Shown here: positions 63,638 to 64,000 of the stretch, piece after piece
How positions within the stretch are numbered: the stretch's first letter is position 1
How the letters are laid out: each line of letters opens with the position of its first letter
Made by a program: the position numbers and the translations under genes
From: a virus
Length of the DNA: 64,000 nt
Direction: 5' to 3' (one strand)
Virus record (IMG/VR): IMGVR_UViG_3300023284_001318
Location: 600-64,599 of that record
Notes under the pieces: generated by a model
Database searches by the model: none
Told to the model about the DNA's origin: nothing
What the model saw: the letters and a program-made list of their open reading frames with translations, nothing else

Positions 63638-64000
63638 TGTAGTCGAGGTGTGTGTTGTTAGTGAATTGACCCGTGATGAAGTCGAGGATTGCTCCGACGT
63701 GCCGGGGGGTGCTTTGACCTGTAGTGAAGTCGAGTCACGAGGTGCCGTGGACTTTCTTGTTGTGGCCTGAAGTCGAGTTGCGTTCTGTCCTGTTGTGAAT
63801 TGTTATGTAAGGAAGTCGAGGGTTGAGTTGGGGTGTCATTGTTTGTGATGATTTGAAGTCGAGGCATGGGTTGCCCTGTGATGGCATGGGATGGGGTGAA
63901 GTCGAGCTATGGGGTGTCGTGCACTTCTGTGAAGTGAAGTCGAGGATTGTGGTGGGCTGTTACGGAATGTTGTGAAATGAAGTCGAGTAATGGGGCGAAA
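63638..64000 (+). repeat. array of TGAAGTCGAG delimiters with 5-nt-periodic (YG-NNN)n interiors; truncated by the window end
   Basis: delimiters at 63638, 63677, 63725, 63768, 63811, 63854, 63897, 63935 and 63978; periods 39, 48, 43, 43, 43, 43, 38, 43. Confidence 0.92.

Noticed and set aside
63638-64000. Canonical CRISPR array, simple satellite or coding repeat (including ORF 63658-63867)
   Set aside because: The 10-nt delimiter is too short, the spacers have internal 5-nt phasing, the triplets are too diverse for slippage, and the period is incompatible with codons.

Overview
This window is a large part of a tailed dsDNA bacteriophage genome with podovirus-like architecture (no tape-measure gene and no integrase seen; host unknown, probably diderm). 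Modules in order: the C-terminal part of a primase-helicase (12-1976); small accessory ORFs with repeated junction sequences (2-10 kb); a divergent promoter and origin-like region (10-12.2 kb); a DNA methyltransferase with an in-frame LAGLIDADG domain; an O-antigen-ligase/DUF433/TPR moron; packaging and virion genes (terminase, portal, scaffold, capsid, tail tube/nozzle, ejection proteins; 23-51 kb); lysis genes; and an early region with an SSB-like gene and an SNF2 helicase. Four non-coding systems stand out. (1) A solitary Cas7/RAMP-like gene followed by an array of TGAAGTCGAG delimiters separated by runs of YG-NNN pentamers (62.7-64 kb, cut by the window edge), resembling VIPR-type non-contiguous guides but with a different code. 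(2) A 12-copy array with an exact 35-nt period, two alternating repeats and two 8-nt variable segments per unit (16.8-17.2 kb), TIGR-like but with no recognisable Tas gene in the window. (3) A promoter-gene-ncRNA-terminator unit whose RNA has two circularly permuted tRNA-like modules (53.1-54.3 kb). (4) A recurrent multibranch RNA element found three times upstream of genes. All family assignments come from motif recognition by eye; no database searches were run.
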